From the human T2T-CHM13v2.0 reference genome, Homo sapiens: a stretch of 64,000 nt of DNA. The stretch's first letter is position 1; the number at the start of each line of letters is the position of its first letter. The position numbers and the translations under genes are program-made. Location: NCBI RefSeq assembly GCF_009914755.1, contig NC_060925.1. One strand, 5' to 3'. The notes beneath the pieces were generated by a model, which was given only the letters and a program-made list of their open reading frames with translations, was not told where the DNA came from and searched no databases. Of the stretch, positions 26,601 to 41,600 are shown piece after piece.

Positions 26601-29600
26601 GATTCCATTCAATGATTATTCCATTTGAGTCGATTCGATGACTCCATTCGATTGTATTCGATGGTGATTGAATTCGAGTCCATGGATTAATCCATTGCAT
26701 TCCATTCGATGATTCCATTCGAGTCCATTCGATGATTCTATTCGATTGCATTCGATAATTCCATTCGATTGCATTCGATAAATCCATTTGATTCCATTTG
26801 AGGATAATTCCATTTGAGTCCATTCGATGATTGTTCCATTCGATTCTATTCGGTGATTCCATTCGACTTCATTTGATAATGATTCCATTCGAGACCATTC
26901 GATGATTCTATTCAATTCCATTCAATAATGATTCCATTCGAGTCCATTCAACGATTCCATTCAAGTCCATTCGATGATTCCATCTGATTGCATTCAATGA
27001 ATCCATGCGATTCCATTCTATGATGATTCCATTCATTTCCATCTGATGATGATTCCATTCGATTCCATTCAATGATTCCTTTCGATTCCATTTGATGATG
27101 ATTTCAATCAATTTCATTCGATGATTACATTCGAATCCATTCGAGGATGAGTCCATCCATTTCTATTTCATGATAATTCCATTCGTTTCAATTCGATGGT
27201 GTTTCCATTCGATTCCATTCGATGTTGATTCCATTAGTTTCCATTGGATGATGATTCCATTAGAGTCCATTCGATGATGATCACAATGGATTTCATTCCA
27301 TAATTCTATTCGATTCCATTTGATGATGATTCCATCTGATTCCATTTGATGATTCCATTCGTTTCCATCCGATGATGATTCCATTCGATTCCGTTCAATG
27401 ATTATTCCATTCGAGTCCATTCGATGATTCCATTCGATTCCATTCGATGATGATTGCATTCGAGTCCATGGATTCTTCCATTCCATTCCATTAGATGATT
27501 CCATTCGAGTCCGTTCGATGATTCTCTTCGATTCCCTTCGATAATTCCGTTTGATTCCGTTTGATGTTGATTCCATTCGAGTCCATTCGATGATAATTCC
27601 ATTCGATTCTATGCGATGATTCCATTCCATTCCATTTGGAGATGGTTCCATTCGAGACCATTCGTTGATTGCATTCAATTCATTCGATGACGATTCCATT
27701 CAATTCCGTTCAATGATTCCATTAGATTCCATTTGATGATGATTCCATGTGATTCCATTAGATGATGACTCCTTTCATTTCCCTACAATGAGGATTCCAT
27801 TCGGTTCCATTTGATGATGATTCCTTTGAATTCCATTTGATGACAATTCCATTCAATACCAATTGATGATGGTTATTTTTGATTCCATTTGATGATGATT
27901 ACATTCGATTCCATTTGATCATGATTCCATTGGATTCCACTCGATGATTCCATTCGATTCCATTCAATGATTATTCCATTTGAGTCGATTCGGTGACTAC
28001 ATTCGATTGTATTCGATGGTGGTTGAATTCGAGTCCATGGATTAATCCATTGCATTCCATTCGATGATTCCATTCGAGTCCATTCGATGATTCTATTCGA
28101 TTGCATTCGATAATTCCATTCGATTGCATTCGATAAATCCATTTGATTCCATTTGAGGATAATTCCATTTGAGTCCATTCGATGATTGTTCCATTCGATT
28201 CTATTCGGTGATTCCATTCGACTTCATTTGATAATGATTCCATTCGAGACCATTCGATGATTCTATTCAATTCCATTCAATAATGATTCCATTCGAGTCC
28301 ATTCAACGATTCCATTCAAGTCCATTCGATGATTCCATCTGATTCCATTCAATGAATCAATTCGATTCCATTCTATGATGATTCCATTCATTTCCATCTG
28401 ATGATGATTCCATTCGATTCCATTCAATGATTCCTTTCGATTCCATTTGATGATGATTTCAATCAATTTCATTCGATGATTCCATTCGAATCCATTCGAT
28501 GATGAGTCCATCCATTTCAATTTCATGATAATTCCATTCGTTTCAATTCGATGGTGTTTCCATTCGATTCCATTCGATGTTGATTCCATTAGTTTCCATT
28601 GGATGATGATTCCTTTCGAGTCCATTCAATGATGATCGCATTGGATTTCATTCCATAATTCTATTCGATTCCATTTGATGATGATTCCATCTGATTCCAT
28701 TTGATGATCCCATTCGATTCCATTCGATGATGATTCCATTCGTTTCCATCCGATGATGATTCCATTCGATTCCGTTCAATGATTATTCCATTCGCGTCCA
28801 TTCGATGATTCCATTCGATTCCATTCGATGATGATTGCATTCGAGTCCATGGATTCTTCCATTCCATTCCATTAGATGATTCCATTCGAGTCCGTTCGAT
28901 GATTCTCTTCGATTCCATTCGATAATCCCGTTTGATTCCGTTTGATGTTGATTGCATTCGAGTCCATTCGATGATAATTCCATTCGATTCTATGCGATGA
29001 TTCCATTTCATTCCATTTGGAGATGGTTCCATTCGAGACCATTCGTTGATTGCATTCAATTCATTCGATGACGATTCCATTCAATTCCGTTCAATGATTC
29101 CATTAGATTCCATTTGATGATGATTCCATTTGATTCCATTTGATGATGATTCCATGCGATTCCATTAGATGATGACTCCTTTCATTTCCATTCAATGAGG
29201 ATTCCATTCGGTCCCATTTGATGATGATTCCTTTGAATTCCGTTTGATGACTATTCCATTCAATACCAATTGATGATGGTAATTTTTGATTCCATTTGAT
29301 GATTACTTTCGATTCCATTTGATCATGATTCCATTCGGTTCCACTCGATGATTCCATTCAATGATGATTCCATTCGAGTTCATTGACTATTCCATTCCAT
29401 TTCAATCGATGATTCCTTTCAAGTCCATTCGATGATTCTATTCGATTGCATTCGATTATTCCATTCGATTGCATTCGATAATTCCATTCGATTCCATTTG
29501 AGGATAATTCCATTTGAGTCCATTCGATGATTGTTCCATTCGATTCTATTCGGTGATTCCATTCGATTCCATTTGATAATGATTCCATTGGAGACCATTC

Positions 29601-32600
29601 GATGATTCCATTCAATTCCATTCAATAATGATTCCATTCGAGTCCATTCAATGATTCCATTCAAGTCCATTCGATGATTCCATCTGATTCCATTCAATGA
29701 ATCCATTCGATTCCATTCTATGATGATTCCATTCATTTCCATCTGATGATGATTCCATTCGATTCCATTCAATGATTCCATTCGATTCCATTTGATGATG
29801 ATTTCAATCAATTTCATTCGATGATTCCATTCGAATCCATTCGATGATGAGTCCATCCATTTCAATTTCATGATAATTCCATTCGTTTCAATTCGATGGT
29901 GTTTCCATTCGATTCCATTCGATGTTGATTCCATTAGTTTCCATTGGATGATTATTCCTTTCGTGTCCACTCGATGATGATCACAATGGATTTCACTCCA
30001 TAATTCTAATCGATTCCATTTGATGATGATTCCATCTGATTCCATTAGATGATTCCATTCCTTTCCATCCGATGATGATTCCATTCGATTCCGTTCAATG
30101 ATTATTCCATTCGAGTCCATTCGATGATTCCATTCGATTCCATTCGATGATGATTGCATTCGAGTCCATGGATTCTTCCATTCCAATCCATTAGATAATT
30201 CCATTCGAGTCCATTCGATGATTCTCTTCGATTCCATTCGATAATTCCGTTTGATTCCGTTTGATGTTGATTCCATTCGAGTCCATTCGATGATAATTCC
30301 ATTCGATTCTATGTGATGATTCCACTGCATTCCATTTGGAGATGGTTCCATTCGAGACCATTCCTTGATTGCATTCAATTCATTCGATGGCGATTCCATT
30401 CAATTCCGTTCAATGATTCCATTAGATTCCATTTGATGATGATACCATTCGATTCCATTTGATGATGATTCCATGCGATTCCATTAGATGATGACTCCTT
30501 TCATTTCCATTCAATGAAGATTCCATTCGGTTCCATTTGATGATGATTCCTTTGAATTCCGTTTGATGACAATTCCATTCAATACCAATTGATGATGGTT
30601 ATTTTTGATTCCATTTGATGATGACTACTTTCGATTCCATTTGTTCATGATTCTATTCGATTCCACTCGATGATTCCATTCAATGATGTTTCCATTCGAT
30701 TTCATTGACTATTCCATTCCGTTTCAATCGATGATTCCTTTCAAGTCCATTCGATGATTCTATTCGATTGCATTCGATTATTCCATTCGATTGCATTCGA
30801 TAATTCCATTCGATTCCACTTGAGGATAATTCCATTTGAGTCCATTCGATGATTGTTCCATTCGATTCTATTCGGTGATTCCATTCGATTCCATTTGATA
30901 ATGATTCCTTTCGAGACCATTCGATGATTCCATTCAATTCCATTCAATAATGATTCCATTCGAGTCCATTCAATGATTCCATTCAAGTCCATTCGATGAT
31001 TCCATCTGATTCCATTCAATGAATCCATTCGATTCCATTCTATGATGATTCCATTCATTTCCATGTGATGATGATTCCATTCGATTCCATTCAATGATTC
31101 CATTCGATTCCATTTGATGATGATTTCAATCAATTTCATTCGATGATTCCATTCGAATCCATTCGATGATGAGTCCATCCATTTCAATTTCATGATAATT
31201 CCATTCGTTTCAATTCGATGGTGTTTCCATTCGATTCCATTCGATGATGATTCCATTAGTTTCCATTGGATGATGATTCCATTCGAGTCCATTCGATGAT
31301 GATCACAATGGATTTCATTCCATAATTCTATTCGATTCCATTTGATGATGATTCCATCTGATTCCATTTGATGATTCCATTCGTTTCCATCCGATGATGA
31401 TTCCATTCGATTCCGTTCAATGATTATTCCATTCGAGTCCATTCGATGATTCCATTCGATTCCATTCGATGATGATTGCATTCGAGTCCATGGATTCTTC
31501 CATTCCATTCCATTAGATGATTCCATTCGAGTCCATTCGATGATTCTCTTCGATTCCATTCGATAATTCCGTTTGATTCCGTTTGATGTTGATTCCATTC
31601 GTGTCCATTCGATGATAATTCCATTCGATTCTATGCGATGATTCCATTCCATTCCATTTGGAGGTGGTTCCATTCGAGACCATTCGTTGATTGCATTCAA
31701 TTCATTCGATGACGATTCCATTCAATTCCGTTCAATGATTCCATTAGATTCCATTTGATGATGATTTCAATCAATTTCATTCGATGATTCCATTCGAATC
31801 CATTCGATGATGAGTCCATCCATTTCAATTTCATGATAATTCCATTCGTTTCAATTCGATGGTGTTTCCATTCGATTCCATTCGATGTTGATTCCATTAG
31901 TTTCCATTGGATGATGATTCCATTCGAGTCCATTCGATGATGATCACAATGGATTTCATTCCATAATTCTATTCGATTCCATTTGATGATGATTCCATCT
32001 GATTCCATTTGATGATTCCATTCGTTTCCATCCGATGATGATTCCATTCGATTCCGTTCAATGATTATTCCATTCGAGTCCATTCGATGATTCCATTCGA
32101 TTCCATTCGATGATGATTGCATTCGAGTCCATGGATTCTTCCATTCCATTCCATTAGATGATTCCATTCGAGTCCATTCGATGATTCTCTTCGATTCCAT
32201 TCGATAATTCCGTTTGATTCCGTTTGATGTTGATTCCATTCGTGTCCATTCGATGATAATTCCATTCGATTCTATGCGATGATTCCATTCCATTCCATTT
32301 GGAGGTGGTTCCATTCGAGACCATTCGTTGATTGCATTCAATTCATTCGATGACGATTCCATTCAATTCCGTTCAATGATTCCATTAGATTCCATTTGAT
32401 GATGATTTCAATCAATTTCATTCGATGATTCCATTCGAATCCATTCGATGATGAGTCCATCCATTTCAATTTCATGATAATTCCATTCGTTTCAATTCGA
32501 TGGTGTTTCCATTCGATTCCATTCGATGTTGATTCCATTAGTTTCCATTGGATGATGATTCCATTCGAGTCCATTCAATGATGTTCACATTGGATTTCAT

Positions 32601-35600
32601 TCCATAATTCTATTCGATTCCATTTGATGATGATTCCATCTGATTCCATTTGATGATCCCATTCGATTCCATTCGATGATGATTCCATTCGTTTCCATCC
32701 GATGATGATTCCATTCGATTCCGTTCAATTATTATTCCATTCGAGTCCATTCGATGATTCCATTAGATTCCATTCGATGATGAGTGCATTCGAGTCCATG
32801 GATTCTTCCATTCCATTCCATTAGATGATTCCATTCGAGTCCGTTCGATGATTCTTTTCGATTCCATTCGATAATTCCGTTTGATTCCGTTTGATGTTGA
32901 TTCCATTCGAGTCCATTCGATGATAATTCCATTCGATTCTATGTGATGATTCCACTGCATTCCATTTGGAGATGGTTCCATTCGAGACCATTCCTTGATT
33001 GCATTCAATTCATTCGATGGCGATTCCATTCAATTCCGTTCAATGATTCCATTAGATTCCATTTGATGATGATACCATTCGATTCCATTTGATGATGATT
33101 CCATGCGATTCCATTAGATGATGACTCCTTTCATTTCCATTCAATGAAGATTCCATTCGGTTCCATTTGATGATGATTCCTTTGAATTCCGTTTGATGAC
33201 AATTCCATTCAATACCAATTGATGATGGTTATTTTTGATTCCATTTGATGATGACTACTTTCGATTCCATTTGTTCATGATTCTATTCGATTCCACTCGA
33301 TGATTCCATTCAATGATGTTTCCATTCGATTTCATTGACTATTCCATTCCGTTTCAATCGATGATTCCTTTCAAGTCCATTCGATGATTCTATTCGATTG
33401 CATTCGATTATTCCATTCGATTGCATTCGATAATTCCATTCGATTCCACTTGAGGATAATTCCATTTGAGTCCATTCGATGATTGTTCCATTCGATTCTA
33501 TTCGGTGATTCCATTCGATTCCATTTGATAATGATTCCTTTCGAGACCATTCGATGATTCCATTCAATTCCATTCAATAATGATTCCATTCGAGTCCATT
33601 CAATGATTCCATTCAAGTCCATTCGATGATTCCATCTGATTCCATTCAATGAATCCATTCGATTCCATTCTATGATGATTCCATTCATTTCCATGTGATG
33701 ATGATTCCATTCGATTCCATTCAATGATTCCATTCGATTCCATTTGATGATGATTTCAATCAATTTCATTCGATGATTCCATTCGAATCCATTCGATGAT
33801 GAGTCCATCCATTTCAATTTCATGATAATTCCATTCGTTTCAATTCGATGGTGTTTCCATTCGATTCCATTCGATGATGATTCCATTAGTTTCCATTGGA
33901 TGATGATTCCATTCGAGTCCATTCGATGATGATCACAATGGATTTCATTCCATAATTCCATTCGATTCCATTTGATGATGATTCCATGCGATTCCATTAG
34001 ATGATGACTCCTTTCATTTCCATTCAATGAGGATTCCATTCGGTTCCATTTGATGATGATTCCTTTGAATTCCATTTGATGACAATTCCATTCAATACCA
34101 ATTGATGATGGTTATTTTAGATTCCATTTGATGATGATTACATTCGATTCCATTTGATCATGATTCCATTCGATTCCACTCGATGATTCCATTCGATTCC
34201 ATTCAATGATTATTCCATTTGAGTCGATTCGATGACTCCATTCGATTGTATTCGATGGTGATTGAATTCGAGTCCATGGATTAATCCATTGCATTCCATT
34301 CGATGATTCCATTCGAGTCCATTCGATGATTCTATTCGATTGCATTCGATAATTCCATTCGATTGCATTCGATAAATCCATTTGATTCCATTTGAGGATA
34401 ATTCCATTTGAGTCCATTCGATGATTGTTCCATTCGATTCTATTCGGTGTTTCCATTCGACTTCATTTGATAATGATTCCATTCGAGATCATTCGATGAT
34501 TCTATTCAATTCCATTCAATAATGATTCCATTCGAGTCCATTCAACGATTCCATTCAAGTCCATTCGATGATTCCATCTGATTCCATTCAATGAATCCAT
34601 GCGATTCCATTCTATGATGATTCCATTCATTTCCATCTGATGATGATTCCATTCGATTCCATTCAATGATTCCATTCGATTCCATTTGATGATGATTTCA
34701 ATCAATTTCATTCGATGATTCCATTCGAATCCATTCGATGATGAGTCCATCCATTTCAATTTCATGATAATTCCATTCGTTTCAATTCGATGGTGTTTCC
34801 ATTCGATTGCATTCGATGTTGATTCCTTTAGTTTCCATTGGATGATGATTCCATTCGAGTCCATTCAATGATGATCACATTGGATTTCATTCCATAATTC
34901 TATTCGATTCCATTTGATGATGATTCCATCTGATTCCATTTGATGATCCCATTCGATTCCATTCGATGATGATTCCATTCGTTTCCATCCAATGATGATT
35001 CCATTCGATTCCGTTCAATGATTATTCCATTCGAGTCCATTCGATGATTCCATTCGATTCCATTCGATGATGATTGCATTCGGGTCCATGGATTCTTCCA
35101 TTCCATTCCATTAGATGATTCCATTCGAGTCCGTTCGATGATTCTCTTCGATTCCATTCGATAATTCCGTTTGATTCCGTTTGATGTTGATTCCATTCGA
35201 GTCCATTCGATGATAATTCCATTCGATTCTATGTGATGATTCCATTCCATTCCATTTGGAGATGGTTCCATTCGAGACCATTCGTTGATTGCATTCAATT
35301 CATTCGATGACGATTCCATTCAATTCCGTTCAATGATTCCATTAGATTCCATTTGATGATGATTCCATTCGATTCCATTTGATGATGATTCCATGCGATT
35401 CCATTAGATGATGACTCCTTTATTTTCCATTCAATGAGGATTCCACTCGGTTCCATTTGATGATGATTCCTTTGAATTCCGTTTGATGACAATTCAATTC
35501 AATACCAATTGATGATGGTTAATTTTGATTCCATTTGATGATTACTTTCGATTCCATTTGATCATGATTCCATTCAATTCCACTCGATGATTCCATTCAA

Positions 35601-38600
35601 TGATGATTCCATTCGAGTTCATTGACTATTCCATTCCATTTCAATCGATGATTCCTTTCAAGTCCATTTGATGATTCTATTCGATTGCATTCGATTATTC
35701 CATTCAATTGCATTCGATAATTCCATTCGATTCCATTTGAGGATAATTCCATTTGAGTCCATTCGATGATTGTTCCATTCGATTCTATTCGGTGATTCCA
35801 TTCGATTCCATTTGATAATGATTCCATTCGAGACCATTCGATGATTCCATTCAATTCCATTCAATAATGATTCCATTCGAGTCCATTCAACGATTCCATT
35901 CAAGTCCATTCGATGATTCCATCTGATTCCATTCAATGAATCCATGCGATTCCATTCTATGATGATTCCATTCATTTCCATCTGATGATGATTCCATTCG
36001 ATTCCATTCAATGATTCCTTTCGATTCCATTTGATGATGATTTCAATCAATTTCATTCGATGATTCCATTCGAATCCATTCGATGATGAGTCCATCCATT
36101 TCTATTTCATGATAATTCCATTCCTTTCAATTCGATGGTGTTTCCATTCGATTCCATTCGATGTTGATTCCATTAGTTTCCATTGGATGATGATTCCATT
36201 CTAGTCCATTCGATGATGATCACAATGGATTTCATTCCATAATTCTATTCGATTCCATTTGATGATCATTCCATCTGATTCCATTTGATGATTCCATTCG
36301 TTTCCATCCGATGATGATTCCATTCGATTCCTTTCAATGATTATTCCATTCGAGTCCATTCGATGATTCCATTCGATTCCATTCGATGATGATTGCATTC
36401 GGGTCCATGGATTCTTCAATTCCATTCCATTAGATGATTCCATTCCAGTCCATTCGATGATTCTCTTCTATTCCATTCGATAATTCCGTTTGATTCCCTT
36501 TGATGTTGATTCCATTCGAGTCCATTCGATGATAATTCCATTCGATTCTATGCGATGATTCCATTCCATTCCATTTGGAGGTGGTTCCATTCGAGACCAT
36601 TCGTTGATTGCATTCAATTCATTCGATGACGATTCCATTCAATTCCGTTCAATGATTCCATTAGATTCCATTTGATGATGATTCCATTCGATTCCATTTG
36701 ATGATGATTCCATGCGATTCCATTAGATGATGACTCCTTTCATTTCCATTCAATGAGGATTCCATTCGGTTCCATTTGATGATGATTCCTTTGAATTCCA
36801 TTTGATGACAATTCCATTCAACACCAATTGATGATGGTTATTTTAGATTCCATTTGATGATGATTACATTCGATTCCATTTGATCATGATTCCATTCGAT
36901 TCCACTCGATGATTCCATTCGATTCCATTCAATGATTATTCCATTTGAGTCGATTCGATGACTCCATTCGATTGTATTCGATGGTGATTGAATTCGAGTC
37001 CATGGATTAATCCATTGCATTCCATTCGATGATTCCATTCGAGTCCATTCGATGATTCTATTCGATTGCATTCGATAATTCCATTCGATTGCATTCGATA
37101 AATCCATTTGATTCCATTTGAGGATAATTCCATTTGAGTCCATTCGATGATTGTTCCATTCGATTCTATTCGGTGATTCCATTCGACTTCATTTGATAAT
37201 GATTCCATTCGAGACCATTCGATGATTCTATTCAATTCCATTCAATAATGATTCCATTCGAGTCCATTCAACGATTCCATTCAAGTCCATTCGATGATTC
37301 CATCTGATTCCATTCAATGAATCCATGCGATTCCATTCTATGATGATTCCATTCATTTCCATCTGATGATGATTCCATTCGATTCCATTCAATGATTCCT
37401 TTCGATTCCATTTGATGATGATTTCAATCAATTTCATTCGATGATTACATTCGAATCCATTCGAGGATGAGTCCATCCATTTCTATTTCATGATAATTCC
37501 ATTCGTTTCAATTCGATGGTGTTTCCATTCGATTCCATTCGATGTTGATTCCATTAGTTTCCATTGGATGATGATTCCATTCGAGTCCATTCGATGATGA
37601 TCACAATGGATTTCATTCCATAATTCTATTCGATTCCATTTGATGATGATTCCATCTGATTCCATTTGATGATTCCATTCGTTTCCATCCGATGATGATT
37701 CCATTCGATTCCGTTCAATGATTATTCCATTCGAGTCCATTCGATGATTCCATTCGATTCCATTCGATGATGATTGCATTCGAGTCCATGGATTCTTCCA
37801 TTCCATTCCATTAGATGATTCCATTCGAGTCCGTTCGATGATTCTCTTCGATTCCCTTCGATAATTCCGTTTGATTCCGTTTGATGTTGATTCCATTCGA
37901 GTCCATTCAATGATAATTCCATTCGATTCTATGCGATGATTCCATTCCATTCCATTTGGAGATGGTTCCATTCGAGACCATTCGTTGATTGCATTCAATT
38001 CATTCGATGACGATTCCATTCAATTCCGTTCAATGATTCCATTAGATTCCATTTGATGATGATTCCATGTGATTCCATTAGATGATGACTCCTTTCATTT
38101 CCCTACAATGAGGATTCCATTCGGTTCCATTTGATGATGATTCCTTTGAATTCCATTTGATGACAATTCCATTCAATACCAATTGATGATGGTTATTTTT
38201 GATTCCATTTGATGATGATTACATTCGATTCCATTTGATCATGATTCCATTGGATTCCACTCGATGATTCCATTCGATTCCATTCAATGATTATTCCATT
38301 TGAGTCGATTCGGTGACTACATTCGATTGTATTCGATGGTGGTTGAATTCGAGTCCATGGATTAATCCATTGCATTCCATTCGATGATTCCATTCGAGTC
38401 CATTCGATGATTCTATTCGATTGCATTCGATAATTCCATTCGATTGCATTCGATAAATCCATTTGATTCCATTTGAGGATAATTCCATTTGAGTCCATTC
38501 GATGATTGTTCCATTCGATTCTATTCGGTGATTCCATTCGACTTCATTTGATAATGATTCCATTCGAGACCATTCGATGATTCTATTCAATTCCATTCAA

Positions 38601-41600
38601 TAATGATTCCATTCGAGTCCATTCAACGATTCCATTCAAGTCCATTCGATGATTCCATCTGATTCCATTCAATGAATCAATTCGATTCCATTCTATGATG
38701 ATTCCATTCATTTCCATCTGATGATGATTCCATTCGATTCCATTCAATGATTCCTTTCGATTCCATTTGATGATGATTTCAATCAATTTCATTCGATGAT
38801 TCCATTCGAATCCATTCGATGATGAGTCCATCCATTTCAATTTCATGATAATTCCATTCGTTTCAATTCGATGGTGTTTCCATTCGATTCCATTCGATGT
38901 TGATTCCATTAGTTTCCATTGGATGATGATTCCTTTCGAGTCCATTCAATGATGATCGCATTGGATTTCATTCCATAATTCTATTCGATTCCATTTGATG
39001 ATGATTCCATCTGATTCCATTTGATGATCCCATTCGATTCCATTCGATGATGATTCCATTCGTTTCCATCCGATGATGATTCCATTCGATTCCGTTCAAT
39101 GATTATTCCATTCGCGTCCATTCGATGATTCCATTCGATTCCATTCGATGATGATTGCATTCGAGTCCATGGATTCTTCCATTCCATTCCATTAGATGAT
39201 TCCATTCGAGTCCGTTCGATGATTCTCTTCGATTCCATTCGATAATCCCGTTTGATTCCGTTTGATGTTGATTGCATTCGAGTCCATTCGATGATAATTC
39301 CATTCGATTCTATGCGATGATTCCATTTCATTCCATTTGGAGATGGTTCCATTCGAGACCATTCGTTGATTGCATTCAATTCATTCGATGACGATTCCAT
39401 TCAATTCCGTTCAATGATTCCATTAGATTCCATTTGATGATGATTCCATTTGATTCCATTTGATGATGATTCCATGCGATTCCATTAGATGATGACTCCT
39501 TTCATTTCCATTCAATGAGGATTCCATTCGGTCCCATTTGATGATGATTCCTTTGAATTCCGTTTGATGACTATTCCATTCAATACCAATTGATGATGGT
39601 AATTTTTGATTCCATTTGATGATTACTTTCGATTCCATTTGATCATGATTCCATTCGGTTCCACTCGATGATTCCATTCAATGATGATTCCATTCGAGTT
39701 CATTGACTATTCCATTCCATTTCAATCGATGATTCCTTTCAAGTCCATTCGATGATTCTATTCGATTGCATTCGATTATTCCATTCGATTGCATTCGATA
39801 ATTCCATTCGATTCCATTTGAGGATAATTCCATTTGAGTCCATTCGATGATTGTTCCATTCGATTCTATTCGGTGATTCCATTCGATTCCATTTGATAAT
39901 GATTCCATTGGAGACCATTCGATGATTCCATTCAATTCCATTCAATAATGATTCCATTCGAGTCCATTCAATGATTCCATTCAAGTCCATTCGATGATTC
40001 CATCTGATTCCATTCAATGAATCCATTCGATTCCATTCTATGATGATTCCATTCATTTCCATCTGATGATGATTCCATTCGATTCCATTCAATGATTCCA
40101 TTCGATTCCATTTGATGATGATTTCAATCAATTTCATTCGATGATTCCATTCGAATCCATTCGATGATGAGTCCATCCATTTCAATTTCATGATAATTCC
40201 ATTCGTTTCAATTCGATGGTGTTTCCATTCGATTCCATTCGATGTTGATTCCATTAGTTTCCATTGGATGATTATTCCTTTCGTGTCCACTCGATGATGA
40301 TCACAATGGATTTCACTCCATAATTCTAATCGATTCCATTTGATGATGATTCCATCTGATTCCATTAGATGATTCCATTCCTTTCCATCCGATGATGATT
40401 CCATTCGATTCCGTTCAATGATTATTCCATTCGAGTCCATTCGATGATTCCATTCGATTCCATTCGATGATGATTGCATTCGAGTCCATGGATTCTTCCA
40501 TTCCAATCCATTAGATAATTCCATTCGAGTCCATTCGATGATTCTCTTCGATTCCATTCGATAATTCCGTTTGATTCCGTTTGATGTTGATTCCATTCGA
40601 GTCCATTCGATGATAATTCCATTCGATTCTATGTGATGATTCCACTGCATTCCATTTGGAGATGGTTCCATTCGAGACCATTCCTTGATTGCATTCAATT
40701 CATTCGATGGCGATTCCATTCAATTCCGTTCAATGATTCCATTAGATTCCATTTGATGATGATACCATTCGATTCCATTTGATGATGATTCCATGCGATT
40801 CCATTAGATGATGACTCCTTTCATTTCCATTCAATGAAGATTCCATTCGGTTCCATTTGATGATGATTCCTTTGAATTCCGTTTGATGACAATTCCATTC
40901 AATACCAATTGATGATGGTTATTTTTGATTCCATTTGATGATGACTACTTTCGATTCCATTTGTTCATGATTCTATTCGATTCCACTCGATGATTCCATT
41001 CAATGATGTTTCCATTCGATTTCATTGACTATTCCATTCCGTTTCAATCGATGATTCCTTTCAAGTCCATTCGATGATTCTATTCGATTGCATTCGATTA
41101 TTCCATTCGATTGCATTCGATAATTCCATTCGATTCCACTTGAGGATAATTCCATTTGAGTCCATTCGATGATTGTTCCATTCGATTCTATTCGGTGATT
41201 CCATTCGATTCCATTTGATAATGATTCCTTTCGAGACCATTCGATGATTCCATTCAATTCCATTCAATAATGATTCCATTCGAGTCCATTCAATGATTCC
41301 ATTCAAGTCCATTCGATGATTCCATCTGATTCCATTCAATGAATCCATTCGATTCCATTCTATGATGATTCCATTCATTTCCATGTGATGATGATTCCAT
41401 TCGATTCCATTCAATGATTCCATTCGATTCCATTTGATGATGATTTCAATCAATTTCATTCGATGATTCCATTCGAATCCATTCGATGATGAGTCCATCC
41501 ATTTCAATTTCATGATAATTCCATTCGTTTCAATTCGATGGTGTTTCCATTCGATTCCATTCGATGATGATTCCATTAGTTTCCATTGGATGATGATTCC

